IMG/VR virus record: IMGVR_UViG_3300012952_000036
Coordinates: 1-42,145 of that record
Origin: a virus
Lineage: Duplodnaviria > Caudoviricetes
DNA: 42,145 bases
Direction: 5' to 3' (one strand)
Shown here: positions 39,377-42,145 of the stretch, one piece after another
Layout of the letters: each line of letters begins with the position of its first letter
Position numbering within the stretch: position 1 is the stretch's first letter
Program-made: the position numbers and the translations under genes
Notes under the pieces: generated by a model
Told to the model about the DNA's origin: nothing
Seen by the model: only the letters and a program-made list of their open reading frames with translations
The model's database searches: none

Positions 39377-40119
39377 TGAATGAATCTGTTCAAGATTTAT
39401 TGAACTGGGAACAACCGTCTACACTTTTTCCAAGACAACCTAGACAACCATTTTTTGATGTAATGCTATCTTATCCTTTTTGGGAAGAAGCCAAAGTACT
39501 AGATATTGGCGGCAACTGTGGTAATTTTTTACAAGACGGAATAGCAAATGGTACAGTAGATCCTAAAAATTATTACTGTTTAGATGTAGATAAAAATGCA
39601 ATAGATTACGGTAAAGAAAATTTTCCAGAAGCAAATTGGCATCATCACAATGCATTTAATCATATGTACAATTCCAAAGGCATAGATAATTTAGAATTTC
39701 CTTTTGAAGACAATATGTTTGATGTTGTATTAGCATATAGTGTTTACAGTCATACTACATATGAACAATTTATATTTGACTTAGAACAAATAAAAAGAGT
39801 CTGTAAACCAGGCGGACAAATTGCAATTACATTTGTTGATAAAGAGTCTGCAGAATATTTCACAAACAAAAGAATACAAGATTATCCAAATAAAAAATGT
39901 TTAACACATAAAGATATATTAATGTGTGACATAAACGATTTTAAATATTTCGTTGATAATGATTTGCTATTGGACCATTTATTTGGTAAAACTCCAGTGA
40001 ATCACTTAGTTACGATATATAATATTGAATGGCTCAAAGAAAACTTACAAAATGTAACAATAAAGTATCCTACTTCGGGTCATGTGCAAAAAACCATGGT
40101 ATTAATAAATGAAACGTAG
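39376..40119 (+). CDS. Class I SAM-dependent methyltransferase
   Basis: VLDIGGNCG, LDVD, FDVVLAYSVYSH, RVCKPGG. Confidence 0.88.
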   Translation: MNESVQDLLNWEQPSTLFPRQPRQPFFDVMLSYPFWEEAKVLDIGGNCGNFLQDGIANGTVDPKNYYCLDVDKNAIDYGKENFPEANWHHHNAFNHMYNSKGIDNLEFPFEDNMFDVVLAYSVYSHTTYEQFIFDLEQIKRVCKPGGQIAITFVDKESAEYFTNKRIQDYPNKKCLTHKDILMCDINDFKYFVDNDLLLDHLFGKTPVNHLVTIYNIEWLKENLQNVTIKYPTSGHVQKTMVLINET

Positions 40120-40336
40120 ACCCTATCAATCAGTTGATGAATCACACAAAGAACAACCAGACATACAATTACTCACACAAAAACTTGGCATAGGTAGGCA
40201 TGACCTAATTTTTATTGCAACTCAAGTTGCTCGTATAGAAAAAATCTCTCCAAAAGAATCTTTAATTAAACTAGAAGAAATAGAAAACTTAGAAGAATAT
40301 TTAATATCCTTAAAGTTCAAAGAAGCAGAAGGTTGA
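40109..40336 (+). CDS. Hypothetical protein
   Basis: 75-aa ORF overlapping the methyltransferase end. Confidence 0.65.
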   Translation: MKRRPYQSVDESHKEQPDIQLLTQKLGIGRHDLIFIATQVARIEKISPKESLIKLEEIENLEEYLISLKFKEAEG

Positions 40337-40361
40337 CAAAACCCAAAAAATATGCTATCAT
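40333..40361 (+). promoter_or_regulatory. Sigma70-type promoter
   Basis: TTGACA-N17-TATCAT with TG extension. Confidence 0.65.
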
Positions 40362-40494
40362 TGAAAATGCTTTTGCAATGCAGGTGCAAAAGGCCTCACT
40401 ACATTCAGAGTAAATCTTCATTTTGTTCAGGACGCGGTAAGTATTTTAGGGCAAAACTCTAGGTAAAAAACACCCACTTTTTTTGGTAAATCGC

Positions 40495-40523
40495 TTGACA
40501 AATACTCATATTTCGAGTATAAT
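40495..40523 (+). promoter_or_regulatory. Sigma70-type promoter
   Basis: TTGACA-N17-TATAAT, perfect consensus. Confidence 0.85.
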
Positions 40524-40557
40524 ATAGTTATATTAACAAAAAGAAGGTAGGAAATAT

Positions 40558-40935
40558 ATGAGTAACTTAAACACAACAAACCAACATCCAGAAAAGATTC
40601 ATGTTATACCTGGATATGCAATAGGGTCTTTTACTTGCTACAATGCAAACGAAGATGACGGCAAATCAGTAAATATTCAACTTACTAGTTTAGAAGAAAT
40701 GTGGTATGGACATGAAGAAAACATTGATCATCCTGCACACAGCGAATACCCTGTAAGTGTAAATGTTCCTCACATGAAAGTGATGAGAGAAAGAGTTTTT
40801 GATAGTGTTTTGAATAGAACTGGCATTGATGTTAGAAAATTTGACAGTATTTTACATGCTACAACATCTCCAGGTAGAGATGAGAAAGGTAACATCCTTG
40901 ACTATGCTAACAATAATATTATTAGGAACGTATAA
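40558..40935 (+). CDS. Hypothetical protein (early-type expression signals)
   Basis: 125 aa; AGGTAGG RBS. Confidence 0.75.
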   Translation: MSNLNTTNQHPEKIHVIPGYAIGSFTCYNANEDDGKSVNIQLTSLEEMWYGHEENIDHPAHSEYPVSVNVPHMKVMRERVFDSVLNRTGIDVRKFDSILHATTSPGRDEKGNILDYANNNIIRNV

Positions 40936-40940
40936 ATAGG

Positions 40941-40968
40941 TTGACTTTTACCTTAAAATAAGTATAAT
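40941..40968 (+). promoter_or_regulatory. Sigma70-type promoter for the ncRNA/tRNA operon
   Basis: TTGACT-N16-TATAAT; a TATAAATA box also lies at 40931-40938. Confidence 0.7.
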
Positions 40969-41007
40969 AGTTTTATAGTTAATAAACGAGTGGTATTTCG
41001 TATATTA

Positions 41008-41299
41008 GGTGGGATAGTGTAATAAAATACACCACGATACAGAGTAGATTTGAACCGTGCCCAGTAAAGTCCTTAAGTGTACCTTATTAACTAGTGCAAC
41101 TTTTCCCGCGATGCGCCGGTGTTTACTGCACGTTAATCCTTATAACATAACTTGCCAGACAACTGATCAAGGTCTATAACTCGATCCGTGTAGATAGAAA
41201 TAGGGGTCTTTAAGGCTCGGGTAGGGACAGGTTTGCGAAACAACACCAAGTCCACAATTTATTACTCGACATGAGTGTAAACTGCAAACCATCCCGCCA
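41008..41299 (+). ncRNA. Candidate ~290-nt structured non-coding RNA of unknown class
   Basis: No ORF of 60 aa or more; GC-richer than its surroundings; nested end-to-end complementarity closed by GGTGGGAT/ATCCCGCC. Confidence 0.6.
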
Positions 41300-41306
41300 C
41301 TTTTAT

Positions 41307-41381
<75 letters not shown>

Positions 41382-41382
41382 G

Positions 41383-41458
41383 GCTCGGATAGCTCAGTTG
41401 GTAGAGCAGGGGTTTTGTAAACCTCAGGTCGCTGGTTCGACTCCAGTTCCGAGCTCCA
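41383..41458 (+). tRNA. tRNA-Thr(TGT)
   Basis: Acceptor GCTCGGA/TCCGAGC; D-arm AGCTCAGTTGGTAGAGC; loop TTTGTAA; GGTTCGACTCC; encoded CCA. Confidence 0.95.
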
Positions 41459-41465
41459 CTTTTAC

Positions 41466-41494
41466 TTGACACGCCTATACAAAATCAATATAAT
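41466..41494 (+). promoter_or_regulatory. Sigma70-type promoter
   Basis: TTGACA-N17-TATAAT, 7 nt before ATG 41502. Confidence 0.8.
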
Positions 41495-41501
41495 ATACAT
41501 T

Positions 41502-41780
41502 ATGGGACAATACGACGACAGAGTTGAGAGACAAAGACTCCTCTTAGAAGCAGAAGAATGGGCACAAGGTATCAGTTGCATTCAAATACATCAAATAACA
41601 AGCATGTGGTACGAAACTGATTTTACTAAAAAAGAAATAGAAGTAAATGGTCCAGTTACAGATACTACATATAATAATGGTGTAATAGTTCGTACAAGAG
41701 ACGGAAAAACAATACACACCTTTGGAGAAGAATTAAAAGGCGATGCACTAATAGATTCATATTGTAGATCCAGTGCATAA
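41502..41780 (+). CDS. Hypothetical protein (likely leaderless)
   Basis: 92 aa from ATG 41502 (MGQYDDRVERQR); the TTG start in the ORF track is the -35 box. Confidence 0.75.
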   Translation: MGQYDDRVERQRLLLEAEEWAQGISCIQIHQITSMWYETDFTKKEIEVNGPVTDTTYNNGVIVRTRDGKTIHTFGEELKGDALIDSYCRSSA

Positions 41781-41787
41781 TTTTTCC

Positions 41788-41795
41788 GATAAATA
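41788..41795 (+). promoter_or_regulatory. Late promoter box (GATAAATA)
   Basis: 5 nt before ATG 41801. Confidence 0.6.
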
Positions 41796-41800
41796 CTAGC

Positions 41801-42145
41801 ATGAAAGAATTCTTAAAAAGTGCTAGTCTATTAATAGGTTGTATATTATACAGCAGATTGCTATTTGCAGGAGTTCCTGAAATGGCAAATATTACACCTT
41901 TAATTGCAATGGCAGTTTTCTTGCCATATATGACATCTAATAAAAACATACAAACGTTTTTACCCGTGTCTATGTTGTTTGCCACAGATGTTATTATAGG
42001 TATATACAGCAATATGTGGCTAACATACGGAATAATGGCTTTCATAGGCGTCATCTCCCGCGTTTTACATGACGGGAAGTACTCAACACTAATGGGAAGT
42101 TCTGCATTAAGTGTTGTTTTATGGCACTTAATTATCAATATTCCA
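41801..42145 (+). CDS. Integral membrane protein, DUF6580/BtuM-like ECF S-component-type transporter, 3'-truncated
   Basis: Open to the window end: MKEFLKSASLLIGCILYSRLLFAGVPEMANITPLIAMAVFLP..LPVSMLFATDVIIG..WHLIIN; missed by the ORF track because it has no stop. Confidence 0.65.
   Translation, partial: MKEFLKSASLLIGCILYSRLLFAGVPEMANITPLIAMAVFLPYMTSNKNIQTFLPVSMLFATDVIIGIYSNMWLTYGIMAFIGVISRVLHDGKYSTLMGSSALSVVLWHLIINIP

Noticed and set aside
41008-41299. tmRNA, RNase P RNA, SRP RNA or intron-containing tRNA as the identity of the structured region
   Set aside because: No T-arm GTTCRA, no complete GAGGAAAGTCC/P4 pairing (only AAAGTCC), no SRP helix-8 motif, and no recognisable group I core by eye

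Overview
This window is a fragment of a large, AT-rich, T4-superfamily-like (myovirus-type) dsDNA bacteriophage, probably of an aquatic/marine heterotroph (inferred). Every supported gene is on the + strand and reads in the standard bacterial code. 1-17.2 kb is a late-expressed block of head-associated or putative ejected proteins: a DUF6267-like protein with ligase-type motifs, three paralogous small structural-protein cassettes, an Arg-rich protein, a 2190-aa polyprotein with amidoligase and PD-(D/E)xK-like domains, a Cu/Zn-SOD-ParB fusion and a scaffold-like protein. 17.2-29 kb holds two SGNH-like paralogs, a PD-(D/E)xK exonuclease, an MDR oxidoreductase, a large virion protein, nrdA/nrdB, a glutamine (glnA-motif) riboswitch ahead of an unannotated DUF4278-like peptide, and a PAAR spike. 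29-40.3 kb is a tailoring-enzyme island: two desaturases, an alpha/beta hydrolase, a radical SAM enzyme, two cupin oxygenases, glycosyltransferases and a methyltransferase. 40.3-42.1 kb is a sigma70-promoter region with a ~290-nt rod-folding non-coding RNA candidate, tRNA-Glu, tRNA-Thr and a truncated BtuM/DUF6580-like transporter. T4-like late promoter boxes (N-ATAAATA, mostly GATAAATA) recur, and many sit only 5-6 nt from an ATG, which suggests leaderless mRNAs. Family assignments come from motif recognition by eye, not from database searches.
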